Below are positions 1-10,068 of a stretch of 45,119 nt of DNA, piece by piece. Location: the NCBI GenBank assembly GCA_964466525.1, contig CAYXQY010000007.1:1-45119 (forward strand), in the 5' to 3' direction. This DNA is from an uncultured Planctomycetia bacterium (GTDB lineage: Bacteria > Planctomycetota > MHYJ01 > CAYXQY01). Position 1 is the first letter of the stretch. Each line of letters begins with the position of its first letter. A program made the position numbers and the translations under genes. Below the pieces are notes generated by a model. The model ran no database searches, was not told where the DNA came from, and saw only the letters and a program-made list of their open reading frames with translations.

Positions 1-628
1 CCCGTTTCAGGTACAGCGCGGCGGTCAGGGGATGAACGCCTTTCATCATCATCACCCCTCCTCCACTCCGGGACCAGTACGCGTAATCCTCGGAATGAGA
101 CCCCGAATGGGATTCCTCCCCGTGCATCCAGATGATCTGACCCTCACTTTTTCGCAGAATTTCAACTTCCTTCTGAATCGACGGGGCGTACACCCAATTC
201 TCGGCGTATAGAATCTGTCCTTCGCTCTTTTGTTCCGCTTCGATCAGTCGCTCCACGCTACCGATTGCTTTGTCCAGGGCATCCTGCTTGGGAAACGTAT
301 CCCCATTAAAATCTTCGTGGTCTTCTCCGTGGTACCCGGTCAGCGGCTTTTCAACAATCACGGACATGTCACGGTCCAGCACTTCTTTTGCGATGCGTTC
401 ATGTTCCGCTGTGGGTGCACATACATGAACGACGTCCACGCTGTCCATGAGTGCCTCGAGACTGCCAAAGGCCTCTATGCCCTTCTCCTCAGCGAACTGA
501 TCCCGGTTCTCCTTTGTGGGCGAATAAACCCCCGCCAGCTCCACGTCCGTGCTACCGACACGACTTAACGCATCCGCATGAATGTCTGCGACAAACCCCG
601 AACCAGCTAATCCTGCTTTTAGGCTCAT
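1..628 (-). CDS. Gfo/Idh/MocA-family NAD(P)-dependent oxidoreductase, N-terminal part (3' end lies beyond the left window edge)
   Basis: Absent from the ORF track because it runs off the window. My reverse-strand translation from the ATG at 628-626 reads MSLKAGLAGSGFVADIHADALSRVGSTDVELAGVYSPTKENRDQFAEEKG...DMSVIVEKPL. This gives a Rossmann-type N-terminus plus the EKP motif of the family. Confidence 0.7.
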   Translation of the reverse strand, partial: MSLKAGLAGSGFVADIHADALSRVGSTDVELAGVYSPTKENRDQFAEEKGIEAFGSLEALMDSVDVVHVCAPTAEHERIAKEVLDRDMSVIVEKPLTGYHGEDHEDFNGDTFPKQDALDKAIGSVERLIEAEQKSEGQILYAENWVYAPSIQKEVEILRKSEGQIIWMHGEESHSGSHSEDYAYWSRSGGGVMMMKGVHPLTAALYLKR

Positions 629-828
629 TATGGAACTCCTGTGAAATCCATTTCATTTCATGTAAGGCAATCGTTTACAACGAATCGGGAACTATCATAA
701 AAGAATACACGGGAAATTCAAACAGATCATGAAGCGTCTTTGAACCAGGGGTGTGTCGTGTGTAATACCTCGAAATTCCGGTCCACTGAGAGTTTGACTT
801 GAGAAACAATCTGTGGACTTACGAAACG

Positions 829-1755
829 TCATGTAACCGGATTGGATTGATCGTACGATTCTTTTAATTTTCCGTTCGCAATGTGCGTATAAATTTCCGT
901 GGTCTGAAGGTTCTCGTGCCCGAGCATTTCCTGAAGTGTTCGAAGATCCGCCCCGTTCTGCAACATGTGTGTTGCAAATGAATGCCGTATCGTATGGGGG
1001 CTCACCTCTTCGGACAGACCCGCCTTTTCAGCCACGGAGGAAACCGCACGACGAATTCCGCGCGTACTGAGACGATTTCCGAATTTGTTGTAGATCAGGG
1101 GACCGCTGGTCACGGACTGGATTCGACCTTCTTTTTTCCACGTGCGAAGGTATGACTGCATGACGTCAATCGCTATTTTCCCAATCGGAACTACGCGCTC
1201 TTTGTCCCCTTTCCCCTGCACGCGAACCGTCCCTCCAACCTGATCCACATGCTCCACGTTCAACAGGTGCAATTCAATCGCCCGTAAACCGGTCGAATAC
1301 AGGATTTCGACGATCGCTCTGTTTCGTTGACCGGTTAACGTGGATACGTCCGGAGCGTCAAGTAAAGATTCCATCTCCTCTTCCGTCAAGTAATTGGGCA
1401 GACGTTCTGTCAACCGGGGATAATCCATTTTCCGGGTGGGGTTCTGATCGAGTTGCTCGTCCACCTCAACGAGCATGTCGAAAAACGTACGCAGTGCGCC
1501 GAGTTTTCGGCCGATCGAGCTGTTCCTGTAATCCTCTTCCTGCAGTTCGGAAAAATATCGATGAACCACCTCCGCGTCGACCTCCTTTACGGATTGAACC
1601 TCTTCCCGTTGAAGGAAATTTTCGAAATCCTTCAGGTCGGATCGATAGGAACGGATGGTCTGCGACGAGGACACGCGACCACTTGAGAGGTACTCCAGAA
1701 ATTGATCCCGGTGCGGAGCCAGGATTCGTTCTTGTTTCGCTGTCTCTGATGACAT
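829..1755 (-). CDS. tyrosine site-specific recombinase, XerC/XerD family
   Basis: 308-aa ORF. N-terminal core-binding region (QTIRSYRSDLKDFENFL) and catalytic box HTIRHSFATHMLQNGADLRTLQEMLGHENLQTTEIYTH (HxxR, H, Y). I cannot separate XerC from XerD by eye. Confidence 0.85.
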   Translation of the reverse strand: MSSETAKQERILAPHRDQFLEYLSSGRVSSSQTIRSYRSDLKDFENFLQREEVQSVKEVDAEVVHRYFSELQEEDYRNSSIGRKLGALRTFFDMLVEVDEQLDQNPTRKMDYPRLTERLPNYLTEEEMESLLDAPDVSTLTGQRNRAIVEILYSTGLRAIELHLLNVEHVDQVGGTVRVQGKGDKERVVPIGKIAIDVMQSYLRTWKKEGRIQSVTSGPLIYNKFGNRLSTRGIRRAVSSVAEKAGLSEEVSPHTIRHSFATHMLQNGADLRTLQEMLGHENLQTTEIYTHIANGKLKESYDQSNPVT

Positions 1756-2055
1756 GCTCGAGGATCAAGAAGAAAGAATAACAAGTATTTAATTATCGAT
1801 GGCCAGACGAGCGAAACTTTAAAACCCCCGTCAAACCTCCTCCCGTAACATCCTCTCAGTAATACATCAAGGCGGGCCTTCTGTAGTACCCCGCCGTTTA
1901 TTAAGGTGCGGATTGGCGGTACCGGGATGCTTTCAGGCAACCTGTTCATCCTGCGCCGCGGAATCAAAACCAGCAAACCTTGTATGTAATCGGATGAATT
2001 GATATTATATTGAATTCAAACAAACGATCACTTCATGAATTGAAAATACAAGTTC

Positions 2056-2553
2056 ATGTCTTCTGAACAGACCACCGAAGAAAAACAAGCGACTTCAGAT
2101 GGGGAGGGATCGAGGCAGGACAGAGGCGATTCCGTGGCGAACGATTCGGAAAATACGGAGGACGCCGGAGACGACGCACAGCCGGAGCCGAACCGGTCCG
2201 AAACCATAGAAGATGAACAGGTGAAATTTACGTTCGACGGGGAGAGCGAAGTGGCCTACGAGACCCTCGTGACCGCACTGAAAGACTGTTATGACCCCGA
2301 AATCCCGGTCAACCTGTACGACCTTGGTCTTGTTCACGAGGTGAACGTGCAGGGCAGACAGGTGGACGTCGACATGACGCTTACCGCACCCGGATGTGGA
2401 TTCGGACCTCAGATCGCAAAAAATGTCGAGATGCGACTTGCGGAGGAAGAGAGCGTTGACGAGGCCAGTGTGGAGATTGTCCATGATCCACCGTGGGACC
2501 GTGACATGGTCTCCGAGGAAGGTCAGGCTCAACTGAACATGCTGGGATTTTAA
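2056..2553 (+). CDS. DUF59/MIP18-family Fe-S cluster assembly protein (SufT-like) with an acidic N-terminal extension
   Basis: 165 aa. The core LKDCYDPEIPVNLYDLGLVHEV...MTLTAPGCGFGPQI...VHDPPWDRDMVSEEG matches the DUF59 signature. The first ~60 aa are D/E/S-rich low complexity. Confidence 0.8.
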   Translation: MSSEQTTEEKQATSDGEGSRQDRGDSVANDSENTEDAGDDAQPEPNRSETIEDEQVKFTFDGESEVAYETLVTALKDCYDPEIPVNLYDLGLVHEVNVQGRQVDVDMTLTAPGCGFGPQIAKNVEMRLAEEESVDEASVEIVHDPPWDRDMVSEEGQAQLNMLGF

Positions 2554-2633
2554 CGCAGGGAAAACAGGTCAAGCGGGGTTTGCTTCCGGCGCATTCCGTT
2601 GCTCCTCAAATCCACTGCCCCGGTCAATTTCAT

Positions 2634-3062
2634 TCATTCCTGTTCGTCCAGCGTCCGGTTCACGATGCGGTCCGCCTCCTCGTTTTCCTCCCGGGGCACG
2701 TGTTGAATTTCCCAGTCTCCAAGTTGTTCAAGCAGTTCGAAAATTTCATCCTGGATGCTTGAAAGCTGCTCATCTTTTGTTTTCCACTGGCCGTCCACCT
2801 GCTTCTGCAACAACTGGCTGTCCGTCCGAACATCAAGTTTGAGCTCCGATGGATCGGGATCGCTCTCATCGATACAGGCAAACAGCTCCTCGAGCCCGAT
2901 ACGAAAGGCTGTGTATTCCGCCTGATTGTTCGTTGCCCTGCCAAGGTACTCTCCGTGCTCCACAATTGTTCTGTTATTCCGGTCCTTCAGGACGATCCCT
3001 GCAGCCGCGGGACCGGGATTCCCCCGGGCCCCGCCGTCGAACCAGAGTTGATATGTAATCAT
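2634..3062 (-). CDS. rnhA: ribonuclease HI (RNase H type 1 fold)
   Basis: The ORF track gives 2634..3215. The conserved domain starts at the internal Met MITYQLWFDGGARGNPGPAAAG (ATG at 3062). Catalytic-type residues are seen in DGG, NNQAEYTA, TDSQLL and EENEEADRI. The upstream 51 codons look non-homologous. Confidence 0.8.
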   Translation of the reverse strand: MITYQLWFDGGARGNPGPAAAGIVLKDRNNRTIVEHGEYLGRATNNQAEYTAFRIGLEELFACIDESDPDPSELKLDVRTDSQLLQKQVDGQWKTKDEQLSSIQDEIFELLEQLGDWEIQHVPREENEEADRIVNRTLDEQE

Positions 3063-3334
3063 GACTGCCTCACAGAAGGATAAAAATTCATCTGTTCGAA
3101 CGTTCGCACGTTCATTCACCGTACAATATTCCTTTACGATACGACACTCATGATTTGGGTTGCAAGCTATACCCTGATTCGATATGTTGCCTAATCTAAA
3201 TGGAAATCGTTGCAATGATCATGTCGAACCGACGTATTCATCCATGCCTGTTTTTTTTCGCCGGGAACACCGGTATCCTGCCGCTTGCATACATTTCTGT
3301 TCCGATCGGAAGATAAACGAATTCAAATCGGTTT

Positions 3335-4756
3335 ATGAGGGTCCGACCCGGTCCCTTTCCCGTTCACCTTGCATTTGATGTGTCAGAAAAAACCGTGGCC
3401 ACCAACGATCAACACACACTGGAGAACCTGGAAAAACAGCCTCCCCATAATATAGAAGCGGAAGTCTGTGTCCTCGGCAGCCTGATCCTCGATAACGAAT
3501 TGATCGGTGAAGTACTGGAAGTCATTCAACCGGGGGATTTCTATCGCCGCGGTCACCAGCTTATTTTTGAAACCATGGTGGAACTGTACGACGAGAGTCG
3601 ATCCGTTGATCAGGTGCTGTTGTGCGAGGAACTCGAGCAGCGAGAACTACTTGAAGAGGTGGGGGGGCCGGATAAAGTGATTGAACTCGCCGAAGCGGTA
3701 CCGACGACGTCCGCCTGTCTCGAATACGCACAGGTGATCCATGGTAAGGCGATATTGCGACGACTTGTTCACGTCTGCAATACGCTTTCCGAAAGAGCCC
3801 TGCAGGATAGTGCCGATCCGGAAACGCTTCTGGACGAAGCGGAATCCGAAATCCTGAACGTCGCGGGAGACAGTCAGAACCAGGAAACCCTATCCGTCGG
3901 AGAACTACTCAAAGACACCATCGACAAAATCGAGGAAAGCCGGGAGAACGATGGACTGGTCACCGGCATTTCCACCGGGTTGAATGATCTCGACGAACAG
4001 CTTGGCGGACTTCGCAAGGGGGCATTCATCGTTCTGGCCGGCCGTCCGAGCATGGGAAAGACCAGCCTCGCTCGAACACTGGCCGGACACGCAGCCATCA
4101 ACGAAGATGTTCCCACCGCTTTTTTCAGCCTGGAAATGACCTCCAACCAGATCGCCATGACCATGCTTCTTGGCGAATCCGGCGTGCCTCCGTACAAAGT
4201 GAAAAAAGGCATGATCAGTGAACAGGATATGAAGGATATTACCACCGCAGCCGGCCGGTTTGAGAACGCTCCACTTTATGTGGATGATTCCAATGCGGTC
4301 ACCAGTTCTCAGCTACGTGCCCGGATGCGTCGGATGAAATCCAACCATGACATTGAACTGGTTATCATTGACTACCTTCAGCTAATGCAGGGACCGGGTT
4401 CGACCAATAGCAGACAGGAGGAAATTGCGCTCATCTCACGGGCGATGAAAGGCATCGCTCGCGAACTTGACCTGTCCGTTCTGGCCCTGTCCCAGTTAAA
4501 TCGAAACGTGGAACAGCGAAATCCCCCTCGCCCCAAACTTGCCGACCTGCGTGAATCCGGGGCCATCGAACAGGACGCGGACGTGGTGCTTCTGTTGTAC
4601 AGGGATTTTTATTACACCGGAAACGAAGACACCAAAGGAATAACGGAAGTCATTGTCGCCAAGCATCGAAACGGCCCGACGGGAACCGTTAAAATATTCT
4701 TTGACGAGGAGTTAATGGAGTTCCAGAACCTCCACCAGGAGCCCGCTCCAATTTAA
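3335..4756 (+). CDS. dnaB: replicative DNA helicase DnaB
   Basis: 473 aa. N-terminal PPHNIEAEVCVLGSLILDNE, Walker A GRPSMGKTSLA, Walker B-like LVIIDYLQLM, ALSQLNR and KHRNGPTG. No intein-sized insertion. The exact start codon is uncertain. Confidence 0.95.
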   Translation: MRVRPGPFPVHLAFDVSEKTVATNDQHTLENLEKQPPHNIEAEVCVLGSLILDNELIGEVLEVIQPGDFYRRGHQLIFETMVELYDESRSVDQVLLCEELEQRELLEEVGGPDKVIELAEAVPTTSACLEYAQVIHGKAILRRLVHVCNTLSERALQDSADPETLLDEAESEILNVAGDSQNQETLSVGELLKDTIDKIEESRENDGLVTGISTGLNDLDEQLGGLRKGAFIVLAGRPSMGKTSLARTLAGHAAINEDVPTAFFSLEMTSNQIAMTMLLGESGVPPYKVKKGMISEQDMKDITTAAGRFENAPLYVDDSNAVTSSQLRARMRRMKSNHDIELVIIDYLQLMQGPGSTNSRQEEIALISRAMKGIARELDLSVLALSQLNRNVEQRNPPRPKLADLRESGAIEQDADVVLLLYRDFYYTGNEDTKGITEVIVAKHRNGPTGTVKIFFDEELMEFQNLHQEPAPI

Positions 4757-4835
4757 TGGCCCGAAGCTGTGCTCGATTCCGAACGGTTGTTAATTTCGAA
4801 TTCGATCTGAATCACTTGATTTCCGTCATTCCGAC

Positions 4836-5204
4836 ATGGATATTCTGATCAAAAGCAACGACACGGAGTTAACGGCTGAAATCCATCACGATGAATTTGC
4901 GGAAAAACTCCAGGAGGTACTTCCGGTGGATACCAGTGCAAGCACATGGGGAGACGAAGTGTATTTCCGGATTCCGGTCGAAGAGGACCTTGATGAAAAT
5001 GCAACGGACGTGGTCGATCCCGGCACTGTAACGTACTGGGTTCAGGGATCCGCCATGGCCATACCATACGGCCCAACCCCTGCCTCCCATGACGATGAAT
5101 GTCGTCTTGCCGCTCGAGTGAATATTCGAGGGAAACTAACGGACGATCCAGAACGTCTCGACGAGATATCAGCGGGGGATCCCATACGAATAGAGTCCAC
5201 CTGA
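4836..5204 (+). CDS. cyclophilin-like superfamily protein (TM1367/Cyclophil_like type)
   Basis: 122 aa. The pattern WGDEVYF...DPGTVTYWVQGSAMAIPYGPTP...ARVNIRGKL resembles the small cyclophilin-like family of unknown function. Confidence 0.6.
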   Translation: MDILIKSNDTELTAEIHHDEFAEKLQEVLPVDTSASTWGDEVYFRIPVEEDLDENATDVVDPGTVTYWVQGSAMAIPYGPTPASHDDECRLAARVNIRGKLTDDPERLDEISAGDPIRIEST

Positions 5205-5246
5205 ACACGGATCTGAATTGAACAAATATAACATAACTTATCTATC

Positions 5247-6059
5247 ATGCGGGAAACCCCATTCTTTCTGTTCACGGACTTCGGAGCGGAGTCCATATAT
5301 ACAGGGCAGATGCGTGCGGTCATTTCCTCGATCTGCCCGGATGCTGACGTAATGACCCTCACGAACACCGTCCCCCGGCAGAACCTTGTTGCGGCCGCGT
5401 TTCTTCTGTCCTCAAGCCTCGACTATCTACCGGCGGGAAGTCATGTGCTCTGTGTTGTGGACCCCGGCGTGGGATCGGAACGACCGATTATCTGTCTGCG
5501 AACGGACGAGCCCGAACTGACACTGCTGGGCCCGGACAACGGGATGTTTTCCGTGTTGTCCGATCGGATCGTCGTCTGCAGGGAAGTATCCGATACCTCC
5601 TACTGGCTGGAGAAGATATCAAATACATTTCACGGCCGGGATATCATGGCACCTACCCTGGCTCACCTTGCAGCCGGTACGCCGCTTGAAGAAATTGGAC
5701 CCCGGTATGAATCCCTTGAACCCCTCGATGAAAATGAGTGGTTTTCAGTCGAAGAGAACGAGGAAACGTTAACCGGAACAATTTTGTACGCCGACGTATT
5801 CGGCAACCTGATTACAGGCATTTCCGAACAGGACGTCCGCCGGTTTTTCGAAGACCCGGACCTTAACCAGCTGCACGTAACCGTGGGAGATCACGAAATT
5901 ACCGGAATCCACTCGTCGTACAATGCCGTGAAGGCGGGAGATCCCCTGGCGATAATCAGTAGTGCCGGCCAGCTCGAACTCGCAGTTAATCAGGGGTCAG
6001 CAGTCGAGCATTTTGTCAACGGACCGGGGGATTCCGTATCGGTTCGACGTCCGGGCTGA
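5247..6059 (+). CDS. S-adenosyl-L-methionine hydroxide adenosyltransferase family protein (DUF62, SAM hydrolase / halogenase-like)
   Basis: 270 aa. Motifs FTDFG..SIYTGQMRAVI, VVDPGVGSERP, GPDNGMF, TFHGRDIMAPTLAHLAAG, DVFGNLITGI and SSAGQLELAVNQGSA match the DUF62 family. Confidence 0.85.
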   Translation: MRETPFFLFTDFGAESIYTGQMRAVISSICPDADVMTLTNTVPRQNLVAAAFLLSSSLDYLPAGSHVLCVVDPGVGSERPIICLRTDEPELTLLGPDNGMFSVLSDRIVVCREVSDTSYWLEKISNTFHGRDIMAPTLAHLAAGTPLEEIGPRYESLEPLDENEWFSVEENEETLTGTILYADVFGNLITGISEQDVRRFFEDPDLNQLHVTVGDHEITGIHSSYNAVKAGDPLAIISSAGQLELAVNQGSAVEHFVNGPGDSVSVRRPG

Positions 6060-6189
6060 ACAGGGTCTCAGCTTTGACATCATTATTTCGCAGAAACAGG
6101 ACGGAACGTTATCAAAAAAGCATGAGGGAGAACTTGGTTCTATTGTTACCGTCTTACAACACTTGTAAAAAACCAGAACAGGGATTCTC

Positions 6190-7146
6190 TTGAGAACGTT
6201 ATTCATTGCGGCGTCCGGGCTGGGAAACAGCATCCTTCTATCCCCCACCATCCAGCGTCTACGGGCCGATCACTCGAATGATACACTGGACCTGTTTGTA
6301 TATCGTGACTCATTTGCTACACCGTACCGAGGGTCCGATCTCCTCGATCAAATCTTCACCTATAATGGAGTGGAAACCATCCGTCAGTTGCGCAACCAGA
6401 ATTACGACGTTTCGATCTGCGGGTTCCCGTCCAATCGCTGGCAGTACAATGTCTTCAGTCGTCTCGTCGGTGCACCGCGACGAATCGCCCATGACTATCC
6501 CGTGGGATACGCACGGACATTTCGTTGTTTACAAACCGATCTTGTCGAAGCTCGTCAGGGACTTCACGACGTCGAACAAAACTTGCGATTGCTTGACGTG
6601 CTGGACCTTTCCCCTGCTTCAGTTCCCGATCCCATCTTTCATCTTGATCGGCGAGAGATACACAAAGCCAAACAGTTCATTAACCAGCAGGAACTGCTTA
6701 ACGCCCACCTCATTGGGGTTCATCCCGGGTCCGGACCCCAGAAATGGAAACGAGCACCAATGCATCATTTTCTATCACTGATTTCTGAACGTCAGAAGGA
6801 ATCATCCGCCGTGTTAATCTTTGGTGGTCCTGAAGAACAACAACTGAAACTTCGGTTGCAGGAAAAGATCCGATCAACTCTTGAAATGAGAGGGCTTACC
6901 ATCAATACAGACCTGAAACAAACCGCAGCCCTTATCGGCCAATGCGATATATTTGTATCCAATGATTCCGGTTTGAGTCATGTTGCTGCCGCCGTGGATG
7001 TTCCTTCTCAGGTCACGCTGTTTAACGGAACGGATCCAACCCGGACCGCCCCGTGGCGGGACGATGCCGAACGGATCCGGCTCCGGAAGAATCGAATGAG
7101 GTATCCGTTTTTTTCCACAGCACCCCCAATCCTTCCGGTATCCTGA
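6190..7146 (+). CDS. glycosyltransferase family 9 (LPS heptosyltransferase-like)
   Basis: 318 aa with a TTG start. Motifs MRTLFIAASGLGNSILLSPTIQRLR, GVHPGSGPQKWKRAP and VSNDSGLSHVAAAVDVP are typical of GT9. Confidence 0.8.
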   Translation: MRTLFIAASGLGNSILLSPTIQRLRADHSNDTLDLFVYRDSFATPYRGSDLLDQIFTYNGVETIRQLRNQNYDVSICGFPSNRWQYNVFSRLVGAPRRIAHDYPVGYARTFRCLQTDLVEARQGLHDVEQNLRLLDVLDLSPASVPDPIFHLDRREIHKAKQFINQQELLNAHLIGVHPGSGPQKWKRAPMHHFLSLISERQKESSAVLIFGGPEEQQLKLRLQEKIRSTLEMRGLTINTDLKQTAALIGQCDIFVSNDSGLSHVAAAVDVPSQVTLFNGTDPTRTAPWRDDAERIRLRKNRMRYPFFSTAPPILPVS

Positions 7147-7403
7147 ATTCAATTGTCCAGTATTTGTCCCCTCGCCGATGACACGTCTACAGATCGCACA
7201 GGAAAACAAATACAGGAAAACCATCGGCCTGTGACCAGGTGTTCTTTTTCGAAGATATACAAACACCCAGGCCTCTCTTAACTTATTGATGTAAGAGAAA
7301 TTATTACAAAAATTTTTGAAACTAATTTTGATTTCTGTTAGTTTAATCACCGCGGTTTTTTCTTTCTGCGGGAACGTCACATCGATTCATCACATCGGTG
7401 AAC

Positions 7404-8240
7404 ATGGCCAAAACGAAAGAGCTTCTCAACCGGGAAGGATTTGCAAATACGGAACGTACGGATTCATGGTGGATTAAACCATTATCCATCGTGGTGGGCC
7501 TGTCAATATTCATACTTTACGCAAATTTTCGAACGTTTTATCCCCTTTTTACGGATGCGAATCCGGGAATTATTGACGGGCCCCTTCTCTCCCCATTCTT
7601 CGCACCATTGATATTCGCCGAAGGGCCCGCCGCAGGACACGCGTGGTTCGGTACATTTCCAGAAGGCTGGCCGAACTGGCTCAGATCACCGGCCTTTCTG
7701 ATTCTCTGGGCGCCCCTTGGTTTTCGGTTGACCTGTTATTACGCAAGGAAAGCGTATTACCGGGGCTTTTTTATGGACCCGGCGGCCTGCGCGGTGTCGG
7801 AAGGTTCGGAAGAGTATCATGGTGAAAAAGGAGTCTGGATCTTTCAGAACCTCCACCGCTACTTTTTCTATCTCGCCGTGGTCTTCATGTTCATTCTCTG
7901 GTACGACACGATTCAGGCCATGTTCGGATGGGAGCACTGGACGAAATTCAAAATCACGGGCGGGACAATCGTTATTGGTCTTGACGCCCTTCTCATTTCG
8001 GGCTACACGCTCGGATGTCACAGTTTTCGATATCTCGTTGGTGGCTCGAAACGCTGTTTTTCCTGTCCGCAGTCCGGAAAAAACGTATCTTCAAGATACT
8101 GGCTCTGGAAATGGGTCACGAAGTTGAACCTGAATCACCATACCTTCTTCTGGGCAAGTCTTTTCTGGGTGGGATTCACGGACCTGTACATCTGGATGAT
8201 TTCGACTGGTACCTGGTCTGATTTTGTGATTATTGGTTAG
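7404..8240 (+). CDS. sdhC: membrane anchor subunit of succinate dehydrogenase/fumarate reductase (non-canonical, about 5 TM helices)
   Basis: Hydrophobic 278-aa protein whose stop (8238-8240) lies 1 nt before the sdhA ATG (8242). About five hydrophobic segments. Function is assigned from operon context with sdhA and sdhB. The ORF track starts at GTG 7398; an ATG lies at 7404. Confidence 0.65.
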   Translation: MAKTKELLNREGFANTERTDSWWIKPLSIVVGLSIFILYANFRTFYPLFTDANPGIIDGPLLSPFFAPLIFAEGPAAGHAWFGTFPEGWPNWLRSPAFLILWAPLGFRLTCYYARKAYYRGFFMDPAACAVSEGSEEYHGEKGVWIFQNLHRYFFYLAVVFMFILWYDTIQAMFGWEHWTKFKITGGTIVIGLDALLISGYTLGCHSFRYLVGGSKRCFSCPQSGKNVSSRYWLWKWVTKLNLNHHTFFWASLFWVGFTDLYIWMISTGTWSDFVIIG

Positions 8241-8241
8241 T

Positions 8242-10050
8242 ATGAGCGTTACAACACACGAACACGATGTCCTTGTAATCGGCGCTGGTGGTGCCGGGTT
8301 GTCTGCGGCCATTTCTGCAAGCCAGCAGGGAGCCGACGTAGGAGTCGTCAGCAAATCACTCCTGGGGAAAGCTCATACCGTTATGGCCGAAGGAGGAATT
8401 GCCGCCTCGCTCGGGAATGTTGACGAAGAAGATAACTGGAAGGATCACTTCAAAGACACGTACGCGGGCGGATGGGGGGTTAGCAACTGGAAGATGGCAG
8501 AAATCCACGCCAAAGAAGCACCAGATGCAGTTCGACAACTGGAACGATGGGGTGCGCTATTCGACCGTACGGACGAGGGAAAAATTTCCCAGCGACCGTT
8601 CGGAGGTCATCGACATGCCCGTCTGGCCCACGTCGGGGACCGCACCGGTCTTGAGATGATTCGAACGCTGCAGGACAAATGTGTGGAGGAGGGTATTGAA
8701 ACGTATATGGAATGCACGATTACTCACCTGCTGAAGGACGAGGATAAAGAGCGCATGGCCGGTGCATTTGGTTTCTGGAGCAAGGACGGGGAAAGCATCC
8801 TGTTTCGCTCCCGAAAAATTGTTCTGGCAACGGGTGGAATTGGAAAAGCTTATCGTATTACGTCAAATTCCTGGGAATACACCGGGGACGGTCACGCAAT
8901 GGCCCTTCGTTCCGGGGCCGACCTGTGTGACATGGAATTTGTGCAGTTTCATCCAACGGGCATGGTCTGGCCGGAAAGTGTGAAAGGGGTACTGGTCACC
9001 GAAGGAGTACGGGGGGAAGGGGGCATACTAAAAAATTCCGAAGGAGATCGATTTATGTTTAACCATATTCCCGAAGCGTATCAGGGCCGGTACGCTGACA
9101 CCCTCCAGGAGGCCAATGCCTGGGTGGAAGACAAGGACAATAACCGTCCGCCCCCGGAATTGCTCACTCGAGACGTGGTCGCACGAGCGATTCTCGAGGA
9201 AGTGAAAGCAGGTCGGGGAAGTGAACACGGTGGCGCATACCTTGACATCGCCTCAAGACGATCCGACGAATACATCAAGGAAAAACTCCCGGCGATGTAC
9301 CATCAGTTCAAAGAACTGGCCGACGTGGACATTACGGAAGAACCAATGGAAGTCGCCCCCACGTGCCACTACATGATGGGAGGGGTTTACGTCGATGCCG
9401 AACGTCAGGAATCCACCGTGGACGGCCTGTATGCCGCCGGAGAAGCAGCCGGCGGATTGCACGGGGCAAACCGTCTCGGGGGCAACTCTCTCAGCGATCT
9501 GCTCGTTTTCGGTAACCGGGCCGGAATAGCCGCGGGTGAAGATGCCAACGGACTCTCTGAGCTTCCCACCATTAACGAATCACAGCTTGAGGAAGCAAAG
9601 GAGGACCTTGAATTCCCGTTTGAAAACTCGGAAGAACAGGGTGAAAATCCATACCACCTTCACGAAGAGTTACAGACAATCATGGAAGAACACGTGGGCA
9701 TTATCCGTGACGAAGAGCGGCTCGACGAAGGCATCAAAAAGCTGAAAACACTGAAGGAAAGATCAAAAAACATGTATGCATCCGGACCCCGAACGTACAA
9801 CTCCGGCTGGCGTGAATGCTTTGACGTGCGTAACCTGATCGACGTCGGACTGGCGATTGCCCATGCGGCAAAGGAACGAAAGGAAAGCCGGGGTGCTCAC
9901 AGCCGGGTCGACTATACGCAACCGGAAGAAGAATTCGAGCAAACCAAAATCATCCTCCGTTCAAGAAATGGATCGCTTGAAACAGAACACGAGGAATTAC
10001 CCGAAATGGATGAGGAACTCCAGGAACTCGTCGACGAAGACACAAAATGA
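8242..10050 (+). CDS. sdhA: succinate dehydrogenase/fumarate reductase flavoprotein subunit
   Basis: FAD-binding VLVIGAGGAGLSAA, FVQFHPTG, HYMMGG, GANRLGGNSL and ESRGAHSRVDY. The ORF track start 8233 is a TTG overlapping sdhC; ATG 8242 is preferred. Confidence 0.95.
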   Translation: MSVTTHEHDVLVIGAGGAGLSAAISASQQGADVGVVSKSLLGKAHTVMAEGGIAASLGNVDEEDNWKDHFKDTYAGGWGVSNWKMAEIHAKEAPDAVRQLERWGALFDRTDEGKISQRPFGGHRHARLAHVGDRTGLEMIRTLQDKCVEEGIETYMECTITHLLKDEDKERMAGAFGFWSKDGESILFRSRKIVLATGGIGKAYRITSNSWEYTGDGHAMALRSGADLCDMEFVQFHPTGMVWPESVKGVLVTEGVRGEGGILKNSEGDRFMFNHIPEAYQGRYADTLQEANAWVEDKDNNRPPPELLTRDVVARAILEEVKAGRGSEHGGAYLDIASRRSDEYIKEKLPAMYHQFKELADVDITEEPMEVAPTCHYMMGGVYVDAERQESTVDGLYAAGEAAGGLHGANRLGGNSLSDLLVFGNRAGIAAGEDANGLSELPTINESQLEEAKEDLEFPFENSEEQGENPYHLHEELQTIMEEHVGIIRDEERLDEGIKKLKTLKERSKNMYASGPRTYNSGWRECFDVRNLIDVGLAIAHAAKERKESRGAHSRVDYTQPEEEFEQTKIILRSRNGSLETEHEELPEMDEELQELVDEDTK

Positions 10051-10068
10051 TTCCTATCGACATCAACG

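Noticed and set aside
829-1755. Tyrosine recombinase as a marker of a prophage or integrative element
   Set aside because: Its size and motifs fit chromosomal XerC/XerD. The flanking genes are ordinary metabolic and housekeeping genes, and I saw no att-like repeats.
6206-6781. 191-aa alternative-frame ORF inside the GT9 gene. Similar alternative-frame ORFs occur at 36380-36853 in ctaA and 23282-23848 in the propeller gene.
   Set aside because: They are same-strand, out-of-frame overlaps of genes with clear family motifs. The translations are Arg/Pro/Ser-rich.
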